Shown here one piece after another: positions 13,155 through 22,666 of a stretch of 39,274 nt of DNA. The notes under the pieces were generated by a model. The model worked only from the letters and a program-made list of their open reading frames with translations, did not search any database and was not told where the DNA came from. Numbering within the stretch: position 1 is the first letter of the stretch; each line of letters starts with the position of its first letter. Origin of the DNA: a virus; the IMG/VR virus record IMGVR_UViG_3300037511_000247, positions 1-39,274 of that record, one strand, 5' to 3'. A program made the position numbers and the translations under genes.

Positions 13155-14647
13155 TGCAACGGCACCCACTGGCCTTGGCGATAGACCAGCCGCGCGCCGG
13201 TCTGTTTATTGGTGGCGGTATCGCCTTCCTTCGGCTGCGCGGCCGGCGGTAGTGGAGCGGCGCCGCCACCCGCCGCGGGCGACGACGCACCCCCTTGCCC
13301 AGGCACGTTCCCGGAAACCCGTCGTTGGATGTCGTCCTGCACCGCCGACGACGACCCATGCACGGCCGTCGCTTCGTTCTTCATCTGCTTGATGATCGCT
13401 GCCACCGCGCTGGGGCCAGTCGCCGCGTTGATAAGATCGTCAGCCTTATGTTGCGCCTCGACAGTGGGCACCCCACCGCGGCTGATGACCGTGGAGTAGG
13501 CGCCCTTGAGGCCTTGGAGCGCCGTCTTATAGGCGGCCAGTTTCGGATCGCTGATCTGGCTGTCGGCCATATTGGAAAGCTTGTTCCAGGGAACGAAACT
13601 CCCCTCGTTCATGCCTTTGAGGGCGTCCGTCACCTGATCGGCGAAGGCGTCAAGCTCGTAAGCGCCCATATCGACGCCAGCGCCGCGCTCAGCCGCCCTC
13701 TTCGCGGCAGCGCCCTGCGCGTTGAGATTGACGCGAGCCGCAGCCTTTTGCGCCTCCGTAAAGCCGTCCTCACTCATGCGCCGTGTAATGTAGTTTTGCA
13801 GGGCAATAATCTGGTTTGCACCCTGCTGGCCGCGGCCAAGGTTTGGGATTAGCTGGTTCAGAGCCTGCCCGGTCTTCGTGCCTTGGTAGACGCGCTCCAT
13901 CGTGTCCTCATCGAGGCCGGTGGACTTAAGCATCTCGGTTTGTGCAGCGGTCTTTGCAGCACTGGCGTTCTTTTCGGCGATGCCGGCCTTTTTCTCTTCA
14001 ATGTTCAGGGCGTTATTGTCCGAAATGTATGTGTCCTTCGCGCGCTTCGCGGCAAGGAACTCCAGGCCCTTCGGCGATTTGGGGTCAATGCCCGCGGCCA
14101 AAAGTTCCTTTTCCACATCAGTCATTCCGGGAAGCAGGCGTTCAGCCTGCGCCTTCTGGACGGCTGCCGGCGCGATAGCCGCAAGGGGTCGCAAGGCCTC
14201 GGGGAGAGACGCAACCCAAGGGGCGGTCATCTGACGCTGCAGGTCCTGGGCAAGGAATGTCTCCGGAGATGCGCGTCGCATCAATTGTCCGCGCTGATCG
14301 GCAAAACTCTGCGCCAGATTCTGCTGCAGGTTAGCGGGGGTGACGTCGCTGTTCAGCAGCGACGGGAACGCCTGTTTTGCCGCCGCCGAGGGAGCGCTGC
14401 CGGGCTGCTCATCAAACAATGAGCGGGTTTCCCATTCGCCGGTGTCGTCGTTCTTGGTCTGATATTTACCCGTCGGCGCCGAAATGGGGTCCCAAGTAAT
14501 GCCGGTTTTGGCGTCGGTGCTACCGTAAAGCCGCCCCAGTGCATCATTCTGGTCCTTCTCCTTGGCCAGCGCAGTCTTCAGGCCTTCGTTGATGAGCGAT
14601 CCGCGCTGAAGCTGCTGGATGCCCTGGAGAATTCCGCCCTGTGACAT
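13151..14647 (-). CDS. Internal virion protein candidate (coiled-coil rich)
   Basis: 498 aa, Ala/Gln/Lys-rich helical sequence, tightly packed between neighbouring virion genes. Confidence 0.6.
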   Translation of the reverse strand: MSQGGILQGIQQLQRGSLINEGLKTALAKEKDQNDALGRLYGSTDAKTGITWDPISAPTGKYQTKNDDTGEWETRSLFDEQPGSAPSAAAKQAFPSLLNSDVTPANLQQNLAQSFADQRGQLMRRASPETFLAQDLQRQMTAPWVASLPEALRPLAAIAPAAVQKAQAERLLPGMTDVEKELLAAGIDPKSPKGLEFLAAKRAKDTYISDNNALNIEEKKAGIAEKNASAAKTAAQTEMLKSTGLDEDTMERVYQGTKTGQALNQLIPNLGRGQQGANQIIALQNYITRRMSEDGFTEAQKAAARVNLNAQGAAAKRAAERGAGVDMGAYELDAFADQVTDALKGMNEGSFVPWNKLSNMADSQISDPKLAAYKTALQGLKGAYSTVISRGGVPTVEAQHKADDLINAATGPSAVAAIIKQMKNEATAVHGSSSAVQDDIQRRVSGNVPGQGGASSPAAGGGAAPLPPAAQPKEGDTATNKQTGARLVYRQGQWVPLQ

Positions 14648-14650
14648 TGA

Positions 14651-15079
14651 TTACCCCAAAGCCATGAGGCGCGAGATTGCGCCGGTGACGCTGCCGGGAT
14701 TGCTGGATTTGCCAGTGACACCACCTTTCGGCGACGCCTGCCCTGTACCCTGAACTGGTGTCGCAGCGGCAGCGCTGCCGGCCGCCGCCGTTGCCTGCTT
14801 GCCCGCGTCGGCAGGCGCGGCATTCACCGGGGCTGGCGCGCTCTCGTCCAGAAGACCACCTGCAGGGACCGTGCCGCCCGGCTGTGTCGCGGCCTGCGGC
14901 GTAGGCGTACCAGCGGCGTCCTTTTTCTTTCCATGAAGGATATCGAGGAGCGATTGAAACCCGGCGGTCGCGCTGTCTCCATCGCCATTCGGGCCAAAGC
15001 CCTGCTGGAAGGCCTGCATGGTCTGGGGCTGCATCATTTGCTGCGTCATGCGCAGCATGGTCTCGAAATCCGTGCTCAT
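14651..15079 (-). CDS. Low-complexity virion protein candidate
   Basis: 142 aa. It has a Met/Gln-rich N-terminus (MLRMTQQMMQPQTMQAFQQ) and a Pro/Ala/Gly-rich remainder. Its start forms an ATGA overlap with the upstream stop. Confidence 0.55.
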   Translation of the reverse strand: MSTDFETMLRMTQQMMQPQTMQAFQQGFGPNGDGDSATAGFQSLLDILHGKKKDAAGTPTPQAATQPGGTVPAGGLLDESAPAPVNAAPADAGKQATAAAGSAAAATPVQGTGQASPKGGVTGKSSNPGSVTGAISRLMALG

Positions 15080-16230
15080 AGGCTGATCCCCTGCGACTTA
15101 CCGGAACTCTGTCCCGAGTTGTACCCGCTTGAATTTCCGGAGGTGACGCCAACGCTGCCGCCGACATTGGCGCTATCGGACTGGGTGTTCTGTTGCGAAT
15201 TCTGCTGGGTATTTTGCTGCGAATTCTGCTGGGTATTCATGTTGGTGTTCTGGCTGCCGGTGTTCGACGTGGTATTGCCCAGCAGCGAGTTGCCGGCGGT
15301 GAACAGGTTCAGGTTCTGCCCTTGGCCCGTGGTGCCTGAGTTGAAGTAGTTGTTCGCCAGGTCCGCATTCAGGCGCGTCCCCTGCTGGGCCAGCTGAGAG
15401 GTATTTATTGCGTTCTGGCCGGCGCTGTTCAGCGCATTCAGGTTGAGGCCCTTGGCGGCAAGATCATTGGCGGCATTCGCCTGGCCCACGGAGTTATTCT
15501 GGGTAGCGTTGAACTGGTTGTTCTGGGTCAGCCGGCCGGCGTCCTGCTGGCCCAAGTCCGCCGCCCGGGTAAAGCCAGTGTCGAGGAGGCTTGAGGCGAG
15601 TTGGCCGCGGCCCAAATCCGATTTGGCACGGTAGGTGGCGTCGGCGAGCTGAGAGCGATCACCGAAGGCTGAGCCCCGCCCGCGCTGCGCCTGCATTCCG
15701 GCGAGTGTGTCCGCCGTATTCTGGTCGTAGTTCCGCAAGGTGGAGTTGACGACGTCATTGGTGTAGCCCGCCTGGTAGGGCTGCATGAGACTGGCGCCGG
15801 TGCTGGCCGCCGCGTTGGACGAGTTGATGGGCGTCGCGGTCGCGGTCGCGAGATTGTTGTAACCGGGCTTGAGGTTATTCAGGTCATTGATTGAATACTG
15901 GGCGGAAACCGTGCCCTGCCCCATCTGGTCGCCCATGAACTTCTGGGCCTGCCGCTGCGCATCCGTGAGTCCGTCAGGGCCAATGTTGGCGCCGGCACGG
16001 TCGTAATAGGACTGGTTCGCGGCCGGAACGTTTACCCCGGTGGTGCTGGTCGAGGCGTTTGTGGTGTTCCCGGTGGTGGCGCCTGTCGTCTGCCCCGTGG
16101 TCGCGCCTGTGCTCTGGCCCGTGGCTGAGGTGGCGCCGGTCTGGGCCCCCACGTTCAGGCCGGCGGTGTTGCCGGCGAAATTTCCCGACTGATAGCCGCT
16201 CTGCTGCTGCTGCTGGCCGCCTGTGCTCAT
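15076..16230 (-). CDS. Q/N/G/T/S-rich low-complexity internal virion protein candidate
   Basis: 384 aa from ATG 16230, with AAGGA upstream. It starts MSTGGQQQQQSGYQSGNF and contains the tandem NSQQNTQQ repeats near its C-terminus. Confidence 0.6.
   Translation of the reverse strand: MSTGGQQQQQSGYQSGNFAGNTAGLNVGAQTGATSATGQSTGATTGQTTGATTGNTTNASTSTTGVNVPAANQSYYDRAGANIGPDGLTDAQRQAQKFMGDQMGQGTVSAQYSINDLNNLKPGYNNLATATATPINSSNAAASTGASLMQPYQAGYTNDVVNSTLRNYDQNTADTLAGMQAQRGRGSAFGDRSQLADATYRAKSDLGRGQLASSLLDTGFTRAADLGQQDAGRLTQNNQFNATQNNSVGQANAANDLAAKGLNLNALNSAGQNAINTSQLAQQGTRLNADLANNYFNSGTTGQGQNLNLFTAGNSLLGNTTSNTGSQNTNMNTQQNSQQNTQQNSQQNTQSDSANVGGSVGVTSGNSSGYNSGQSSGKSQGISL
15182..15253. repeat. About three tandem copies of a 24-nt unit encoding NSQQNTQQ
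   Basis: The units are tgggtgttctgttgcgaattctgc, tgggtattttgctgcgaattctgc and tgggtattcatgttggtgttctgg, read directly from the sequence. Confidence 0.75.
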
Positions 16231-16232
16231 GG

Positions 16233-16598
16233 CTAAAGATCCTTGTACATATAGACGCCAGCCTTTTTCCAATCACTGCGGACGCGCGACCATCCAAAGC
16301 GGCCACCGCCTGAAATGCGGATGCATTGGTTTTGCTTGGCGTATTCGATCAACTGGGGTTCGACGGTGCGCAGTTCGTCCAGATCGCCACCGACCAGCCA
16401 CACGTTTAGCGCCTTGAGCCGGGGAAAATTTATGAACTCTGTAATCAGCGCGCTTTTCTCGAACAGCCACAGTTTTGAGCCATGGGTTCCGTTCAGCAGC
16501 ATCAGGAGGACGTCATCCTCGTTGTGCGTTCCGTTTGTCTGTTCGATAGCATCCAAGAGGTGTTCGCGGGCCCTGCTCCAGGTCTCAAAAACCGTCAT
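16233..16598 (-). CDS. Conserved-looking phage protein of unknown function
   Basis: 121 aa. Its start forms an ATGA overlap with the stop of the 723-aa tail protein gene. The sequence looks globular (WLFEKSALITEFINFPRLKALNVWLVGGDLDEL). Confidence 0.6.
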   Translation of the reverse strand: MTVFETWSRAREHLLDAIEQTNGTHNEDDVLLMLLNGTHGSKLWLFEKSALITEFINFPRLKALNVWLVGGDLDELRTVEPQLIEYAKQNQCIRISGGGRFGWSRVRSDWKKAGVYMYKDL

Positions 16599-18766
16599 CG
16601 GCGGCGTCCCGTAAGTTGTGCGTCCATGCCCATGGAGCCAAGCCGCCAGAACGACGGCGCTCCCGAGAAGGTGAAGGTGAACTGGTAGTCCTCGCCGCTC
16701 GCCCTGACCGGGACGAGGCCCGTAGAAGCGCTGGCGGGATAGGGCCCATAAGCGCGGGTCAGGATTCCGTTGGAACTGCGCGTGCGAGTGTTGATGGCAA
16801 TGGAATATGCGCCCTGCACCCCGGCGGCGTCGGGCTCCAGCGCCGACAGCCTGGTCTGCGCTCCGTCCTTGGAGCCCTGCATATACCCGCTGGTGAAGTA
16901 GCCGGAGCGCGCGCCGCCGTCCTCAGAGAAGCCCTTTTCGTGAAACCAGATTGTCCCGGTGGCATCGACGGCCAGCGGATACGGAAACACGCCAGCGTTT
17001 AGATACGTGGTGCGATTGAAGGTACCGCAGCACCACACAGGATAGCCGGCAAGCTGGCTTTCGGTGACGCTGTAGATCGCATATCGGGAGCATTCGTTGC
17101 CGTCGCGGAAATCTGGATAGAACCACCAGACCTCAACCACGCCATTTACGGTCAGGACAGAGGCGTAGATTTTGTCCTGCTGTGATGGAGCCAGGTTGTC
17201 GCGGATATCTCGCCCGATGGTGCAGCCCAGCGGCGTGGGGAAGCTCCCGGAGTAGGACCAGAAGCCGCCGTTCGGGTCCATCCAGTAAACGGTGCCGCCG
17301 ACTTCGGCCACGGCATTGGGGCCGATCAGGCCACAATCAGATGCGAGCTCATCTATCGTGTAGATGACATTGATGTCCGGCACCGAACGCATGGTCCAGA
17401 CACCGATGTTGGTAAAGATCACGTTTTCCCGGTTGGTCGGAAGACCGCGGACGATATAGCTGCCGCTGGTCAGCGTATCGCCGCCGGCAAGGTTGCTGGT
17501 CGCGGGGGTCCAGGTCTGATTGTCGCGGCGGGCGCTCCACACCACGCGAAGCGGATTGAAAGCCCCATCAAACCGGCTGCTGACGTCATCCGGCACGCCG
17601 CACGCGACCACGTTTCCTTCGGCGGTCACGAACATGCACGTGCATTGCGTCGGCGCGTTTGGCACCAGCTGCGCATAGGTCTCAACCTGGACCGATACGT
17701 CGTCCAGAGTCAGGTTCGCCGTGGTGCAGGACATGGCAAGAGTGACGGTGCCACCGGAGCCCGAAAAAAACGCCGCCGCCGTGCGCCCAGCAGCGCTCAA
17801 TGCACTTCCGACCGCAGCACCAGCCACCTTTGGCTGGACGCTACCTGACGTATAGGAACTGATATTGGCTTTAAGCAGGCACCAGGACGCCGCCGGCAAA
17901 GCGATGCTTTGGCTCAGATCCCCGTTACTGGCTGTCGCCACGACATTGTTGATGCCGTAGGCCCAACCCGGGCCCGTCGTCCACCCGGTTGCCGATCCGG
18001 TGAAGGTCCCGTTGGTAACCAGCTCGGTGGCGGTGAAGTTCGGGGCAAATTCGTAGATCCCGCCGCCGCGCGGGTTCAAAAGCGCATTCTGGCCGAACGG
18101 CGAGCCTGACCAGGTACGCGTATAGAGCGTGGCGAGACTGGATGAGCCGCCATAGCCGCCGGAACTCCAGCCACCTGTGCCGTACCCACTGCCCGCCAGG
18201 CCGTCGGCGAGGCCGGGAGCAAGAAAGCGAGTCCAGCTGACCACCGTGGCGGTCGGACCAGCGCCCGATGTTGCGGTCTGAGCCGCGGTGAAGGTGAAGT
18301 TGTCCGCGTCGGTGACGGACAGCACCACATAGGTACCGTTGACCGTGACACCCCCCACGGCCGTAACGGTGGCATCTTCCCAGGTGAACTTCTGATCTTG
18401 AACCAGCCCATGGGCGGTCCAATTTGCCGCAACTACCGCGCTGCCGTTGGTCGTAGTGAGGTTGACGGTGGTCCCAAACCCGCGCGCGGACACCGGCGTA
18501 ATGTCCAGAGTGGTCCCGTCCGCGTTCATCGCGTAGGCGCGCAGGTTCGTTCCGAAGGCAGCGAAAGGGTTTTTGGACCCGTCAGTCCAGGTCAGGCCGC
18601 CGCGGCAATACCCGAGCAGCACGGATGTAGATGCACGTTCCCATCCATATAGGGATTCCGGCAGAGCGCCACGAAACCGGCCTTTGTCGGCATCGACAAA
18701 AAAAAGGCCCGCTACCAGCGGGCTTTCGTCTTTAATGACCCCGGGTTTAGGGGTGTATTTAGGCAT
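16595..18766 (-). CDS. Large tail structural protein (tail-tubular-B/nozzle-like by size and position) with inserted sugar-binding-like module
   Basis: 723 aa with GGAGG 10 nt upstream. The internal segment TELVTNGTFTGSATGWTTGPGWAYG resembles CBM/galactose-binding-like inserts. It is followed by internal-protein genes, as in T7-like gene order. Confidence 0.5.
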   Translation of the reverse strand: MPKYTPKPGVIKDESPLVAGLFFVDADKGRFRGALPESLYGWERASTSVLLGYCRGGLTWTDGSKNPFAAFGTNLRAYAMNADGTTLDITPVSARGFGTTVNLTTTNGSAVVAANWTAHGLVQDQKFTWEDATVTAVGGVTVNGTYVVLSVTDADNFTFTAAQTATSGAGPTATVVSWTRFLAPGLADGLAGSGYGTGGWSSGGYGGSSSLATLYTRTWSGSPFGQNALLNPRGGGIYEFAPNFTATELVTNGTFTGSATGWTTGPGWAYGINNVVATASNGDLSQSIALPAASWCLLKANISSYTSGSVQPKVAGAAVGSALSAAGRTAAAFFSGSGGTVTLAMSCTTANLTLDDVSVQVETYAQLVPNAPTQCTCMFVTAEGNVVACGVPDDVSSRFDGAFNPLRVVWSARRDNQTWTPATSNLAGGDTLTSGSYIVRGLPTNRENVIFTNIGVWTMRSVPDINVIYTIDELASDCGLIGPNAVAEVGGTVYWMDPNGGFWSYSGSFPTPLGCTIGRDIRDNLAPSQQDKIYASVLTVNGVVEVWWFYPDFRDGNECSRYAIYSVTESQLAGYPVWCCGTFNRTTYLNAGVFPYPLAVDATGTIWFHEKGFSEDGGARSGYFTSGYMQGSKDGAQTRLSALEPDAAGVQGAYSIAINTRTRSSNGILTRAYGPYPASASTGLVPVRASGEDYQFTFTFSGAPSFWRLGSMGMDAQLTGRRR

Positions 18767-18827
18767 TATTTACACCCCTCCAGCGGTTCCGGGTATGCTG
18801 GTCCAACAGCGGTGACCGTTCATTTAG

Positions 18828-19820
18828 GTGGTCTTCTTCGTGCTTGAGCAGATTTATGAGGAGCTGGGACGCTCAAAAATTGGCGGTGCATTATCGGAGC
18901 ATCCCGGCGACAGGCTTTTTTATGAAGCAGTCACCAGATCGTTGATTAAAGCGCCCGCGCGCGGCTTTAAGGCCGATCTGAAAAGACTCCCTCACATCTT
19001 CTTCCTTTCAGAGGAAGTGAAGGACATAGGCATCAAGCCCAGACCAGCGTGGCTCCAGTTAAACGACGGCTGGGGCGCCGCAGAACCAAAGGGCGGCGAA
19101 CAAGCGCTCTATTGGAACGGCACAGAGTTAGGGGCTCGCCCACACCCGGGCCCGGAGCGGGCTTGGTCTGAGGAATATGAGGATTTCGCAAATCGCGTTG
19201 TTTCCGTCGCCGCGCCGATGGCGAGGTCACCGGTCATCGTTGAGATCGGTGCCGGCACTGGAGCGGTCACCTTTCACTTGGCCGATATCGCTCGCTCGCG
19301 TGGTTTGCGCGAAATGCGGTTCGTCAATATCGAGCGTGATGCCGCAGCTCTCGCCTTCAGTCGCATTTTCTCTGACCGATATAAACTACCGATCAACCAC
19401 ATCCTGATGGATGTGGGCGCGTCCTTAGATCGGCAAAGCGACTTGGACGAGCTCGCGTCCCGCGTCCATGCAGAGGAGCGCCCCGTCATCGTAATCACAC
19501 ACGGCGCGCTCCATCCGTTCTACACCGATGAGCAGTACGCCAAGCTATTCCCCTATTTAGTTCGCGGTCTAAACGCTGTTGCTGGCGTACATCTTGAGCG
19601 GAACGGCTTCAGAACAGCGACGTTCGAGAACCTTAGAGGCAGGTTTCGTGAAAATACCTATGAGGTGCATCAGCAGTTCACCGAGTGCGCCTCAGATCCG
19701 TTCGAATACCTCGCCAACAACTCCGCCAATCTGGGCATCTCAATTAGAAGCCGGCAGGAGCTTTTTAGGCACTTCCCGCCAAGACACGCCCCGTCGTTTA
19801 TGGCCTGGTCCCGTCCCTGA
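18828..19820 (+). CDS. Class I SAM-dependent methyltransferase (non-DNA type), moron
   Basis: 330 aa. Motif I is VIVEIGAGTGAVTFHL and the acidic post-I residue lies in FVNIERD. I see no DPPY/NPPY or PCQ/ENV DNA-methylase motifs. Start is GTG 18828 or GTG 18840, with AGGTGG at 18826-18831. It is on the opposite strand to its neighbours. Confidence 0.65.
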   Translation: MVFFVLEQIYEELGRSKIGGALSEHPGDRLFYEAVTRSLIKAPARGFKADLKRLPHIFFLSEEVKDIGIKPRPAWLQLNDGWGAAEPKGGEQALYWNGTELGARPHPGPERAWSEEYEDFANRVVSVAAPMARSPVIVEIGAGTGAVTFHLADIARSRGLREMRFVNIERDAAALAFSRIFSDRYKLPINHILMDVGASLDRQSDLDELASRVHAEERPVIVITHGALHPFYTDEQYAKLFPYLVRGLNAVAGVHLERNGFRTATFENLRGRFRENTYEVHQQFTECASDPFEYLANNSANLGISIRSRQELFRHFPPRHAPSFMAWSRP

Positions 19821-19832
19821 TTAAGGGGACGG
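19811..19832. other. Hairpin carrying both convergent stop codons in its loop
   Basis: CCGTCCC (19811-19817), loop TGATTAAG, GGGACGG (19826-19832). TGA of the methyltransferase (19818-19820) abuts TTA, the complement of TAA (19821-19823), of the minus-strand gene. No U-tract on either strand. Confidence 0.4.
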
Positions 19833-20147
19833 CGGGTCATCCGGCGGCGGTGCTTCTGTCCCATCAGCATAGGTGTTGTCGGGATTTATATAGCTGCGCT
19901 CGTCGGCGTAATCGGTGCCCGAATGTGAGGCGCCGGCCTTGACGCCCGCAGGAACCTGAACAAACCACTGGCCGGCAGCCTGCCACTCCACTAAGCGCGC
20001 ACCAAAAATTCGCTCCATGGCTGCCTCATCAGAGGTCCACCAGTCGGGCTTCGTCGCAAAGTCGTCCGTGTCGAATAGATCCACCATGCGCACGGCCGAT
20101 CCGTCTTGATCGGCGCTCGAATCAACAGGCCTTGCGTATTTCGTCAT
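19821..20147 (-). CDS. Hypothetical protein after the glycine-rich fibre gene (possible fibre assembly factor)
   Basis: 108 aa from ATG 20147, which forms an ATGA overlap with the upstream stop. The 169-aa ORF-track version is over-extended. Confidence 0.5.
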   Translation of the reverse strand: MTKYARPVDSSADQDGSAVRMVDLFDTDDFATKPDWWTSDEAAMERIFGARLVEWQAAGQWFVQVPAGVKAGASHSGTDYADERSYINPDNTYADGTEAPPPDDPPSP

Positions 20148-21292
20148 GAGTATACCCAGCGAATGATGATGAGCCCCGCGCCCCCCGCGCCCGAGGTGCG
20201 GCCGGAATTGTCGTTCGCATTGGTGGCAACGGCGCCGCCGCCCGCACCATAACCACCCGCCCCGCCGACAATCTTCAGCGTGCCGCTGTTCGTGCCTGCG
20301 AAAAGACCTGGACCGCCGCCGCCCCACCAACCGCCAGCGCCTCCCGTAAGAGTGACGGTCCCAGAGACCGCGCTAGCAGATGTGATGCAGCCGCCGCCAG
20401 CGAAAATGCCTGCCGCGCCAGCTATCGCGGTAGAGGTGGTGGCCAGCAGTGATGCCCCGCCGACGCCGTAGCTGCCATCGACTGGGGTAGCATTTAGGCC
20501 ACCATGCCCGAACGGGACGGCAGTAGAGAGCTGGCTGGAATATAGAAGGACGTCCGTGTTGAGGGACGACCCGATGGCGATAAGGTTTGCGCTTCCGCCA
20601 TCCCCCGCGGTTTGGGTGCTAAGGCTTGCAGAGGCCGCACCCCAGCCGGCGCCACCGGAAAGGCCCATAGTGGTGTTGGTCGGTGATCCGCTGGAGAAAT
20701 AGACGCTGGCCCCGCCAGAGCCTGCGCCGTTTGTCGCGGCTGTCGGGGTGCCTGGAGACTTGCCGTTACCCCAAGGCCCCCCCGGGCTAGCGCCCCCCGT
20801 CGCGGCGAGCTTAGAGGCGACAGCGGTAAGCGCGGGCTGGCCGCCGCCCGTCGCATTGATGTCTCCGTTTGATCCGGTTCCGCCCCCGGCGTTCACCGTG
20901 CCGGTCACGTTCCCGGCTGCACCGCCGGTAGCGGACACTGTTTTGGAGGCAACGGCGAAACTCGTGGTACCACCGGCCGTGCCCGCGCTGCTGGCGCTAT
21001 TCACTCCAGCCGCGGTGGCCGCGACAGTGCAAACTGCGGTTTCCCCCGGGACAACGGTGACCATACCGGCGGCATAGCCGCCCGCGCAGCCGCCCTGCGC
21101 AACACTGCCGTTGGACGCGATGATCCCGCCCGAAGCGCCACCGCCCCACAATTCAACATATGCCCTGGTGACGTTCGCCGGAACCGTAATGGAAGCGCTC
21201 GCGAACACATACAGCGGCGATCCGAGACCAGCTTTGGCCGCGAGCCGCGCCGCGGAATAAACCTCGGTGAAAGAAATACCCGGCTGGGTCAT
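20144..21292 (-). CDS. Glycine-rich-domain tail fibre/spike protein
   Basis: 382 aa. VPANVTRAYVELWGGGASGG...GGCAGGYAAGMVTVVPGETAVCTV matches the phage glycine-rich domain pattern (vP.gv....v...GgGG.GG...GG.gG.y......v.pG). Confidence 0.6.
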   Translation of the reverse strand: MTQPGISFTEVYSAARLAAKAGLGSPLYVFASASITVPANVTRAYVELWGGGASGGIIASNGSVAQGGCAGGYAAGMVTVVPGETAVCTVAATAAGVNSASSAGTAGGTTSFAVASKTVSATGGAAGNVTGTVNAGGGTGSNGDINATGGGQPALTAVASKLAATGGASPGGPWGNGKSPGTPTAATNGAGSGGASVYFSSGSPTNTTMGLSGGAGWGAASASLSTQTAGDGGSANLIAIGSSLNTDVLLYSSQLSTAVPFGHGGLNATPVDGSYGVGGASLLATTSTAIAGAAGIFAGGGCITSASAVSGTVTLTGGAGGWWGGGGPGLFAGTNSGTLKIVGGAGGYGAGGGAVATNANDNSGRTSGAGGAGLIIIRWVYS

Positions 21293-21681
21293 GTCAGCTG
21301 CCTTTGAACGTGGCCGTGGATGATGAGTTTGGACGCCACCCCGGTATAGGAAACCCCGTCAATCCAGGTGATCGTCGCGGAGGCGACGCCCACCACCAGC
21401 GCATTGCGGATGGGCTTTTGGGTGCATATGCGCAAGGTCTGCCCCGCCAGGACAACGCCTGTCATCACGTCACTGGTCGCGGTGACGCCGCCCCAGGTCA
21501 ATGTGTACGGCACAGGAGACGTGTGGATGTTCTCAAGGTCTATGGTCACTAGGTCGGGCAAGGTGGCGCTGGCCTGGGCTGTGTGCGCAGTTGTCGGCGT
21601 CGCCACCGTGGTGGACGCGACACTGATGCCGCGGAAGTCGGTCGAGCCCGACAGCGGCGCAATGGAATAGGTTGTGCTCAT
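21289..21681 (-). CDS. Tail-associated structural protein candidate
   Basis: 130 aa. It has ATGA overlaps with the neighbouring gene at both ends and is Thr/Ser/Val-rich, suggesting beta structure. Confidence 0.55.
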   Translation of the reverse strand: MSTTYSIAPLSGSTDFRGISVASTTVATPTTAHTAQASATLPDLVTIDLENIHTSPVPYTLTWGGVTATSDVMTGVVLAGQTLRICTQKPIRNALVVGVASATITWIDGVSYTGVASKLIIHGHVQRQLT

Positions 21682-22388
21682 AGCGCGTACACTCCTGCAA
21701 TCAGCGCCGTCTGTCCTTCATCCGGGGCATAGGTGTTGGTGATTTGCAAAGCCAGGTTCCCGCCGCCAAGGTCAACAACGGCAAGGGACAGCGAGCCTGC
21801 GACCGTGATCTTGTCCGCGATGTAGCCCCGGAGCGCGTCAGCGACATTTACAAAAATCGTTCCGGCGGTTCCGGCCGGGACGCTCGCGGCGATGGCCGCC
21901 GCCATCTGCTGAAGGTTCACGGCGTGGGAGTTGGCGGTACCGGCAGAAACGCCGGTGATCTGCCCCGCGACGGTGAGTCCGGCCGGGAAAATCGTCGGCG
22001 CTGCGTTGGCGTAGTCGGTGCCGTCGCAGTACAGCAGGAAGTAAACCCCGTTGGGGATCGCCACGCCCGTCCCGCCGGAGCACTTAATGGTGAGCGTTTG
22101 GCCGGTCTGGTTCACACCACCGACGAAATTCTGATAGTTCGGGAACGTGAGCGTTGCCGCGGCCGTCAAAGCCCCCGTGAGCTTGAGAAACGCCACCGCG
22201 CCGGTGTTCGTCGCGGCATAGTTCGACCAGGTAATGGTGGCGTCCCCGGTCACCGCCAGGGCCTGATAGCCCTTGCTCGCGCGCTCCAGCGTCTGCAGAG
22301 CAACGTTCAGGTAGCTGCCCCACAGGTTGGTGTTGCTGCCGACGCTCTGCAGCCGCAGCAGTAGGATTGCGCTCGGGGTGTCAGCCAT
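21678..22388 (-). CDS. Tail fibre protein
   Basis: 236 aa. The N-terminus LLLRLQSVGSNTNLWGSYLNVALQTLE and the SHAVNLQQM motif are typical of phage tail-fibre proteins. Confidence 0.55.
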   Translation of the reverse strand: MADTPSAILLLRLQSVGSNTNLWGSYLNVALQTLERASKGYQALAVTGDATITWSNYAATNTGAVAFLKLTGALTAAATLTFPNYQNFVGGVNQTGQTLTIKCSGGTGVAIPNGVYFLLYCDGTDYANAAPTIFPAGLTVAGQITGVSAGTANSHAVNLQQMAAAIAASVPAGTAGTIFVNVADALRGYIADKITVAGSLSLAVVDLGGGNLALQITNTYAPDEGQTALIAGVYAL

Positions 22389-22666
22389 TAGCCCTTACCC
22401 ATCCGCATGCCGTCCAAGGGCGCGTTGTGCGGTGAGCAAAACAGCGCTTCGAGGGCGGCGATGTTGTCTTTCTCGTTGGCCGGATCTGCGATTGCGCGGG
22501 CAACGGTCTCACGGAAGGCGGGCGGGTTATCCACGCCCGGCGCTTCCAGGAAGGCCTTAACCACGCCCAGCACCGTGCGGGCGCCGTCGGTATTGCCGAC
22601 GTCGATCAGGGACACCGCGGCGGCGAGATGGCCCGCCGCGTGCCAGCGAAGGTTTTCAGGGGTCAT
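22388..22666 (-). CDS. Hypothetical virion-module protein
   Basis: 92 aa, translationally coupled at both ends. Confidence 0.5.
   Translation of the reverse strand: MTPENLRWHAAGHLAAAVSLIDVGNTDGARTVLGVVKAFLEAPGVDNPPAFRETVARAIADPANEKDNIAALEALFCSPHNAPLDGMRMGKG

Noticed and set aside
18828-19820. Methyltransferase as a DNA methylase (orphan anti-restriction or R-M component)
   Set aside because: I could find no DPPY/NPPY/TSPPY (N6/N4) or PCQ...ENV (C5) catalytic motifs, no target-recognition-domain-like region and no adjacent nuclease. Only the generic SAM-binding motif is present.
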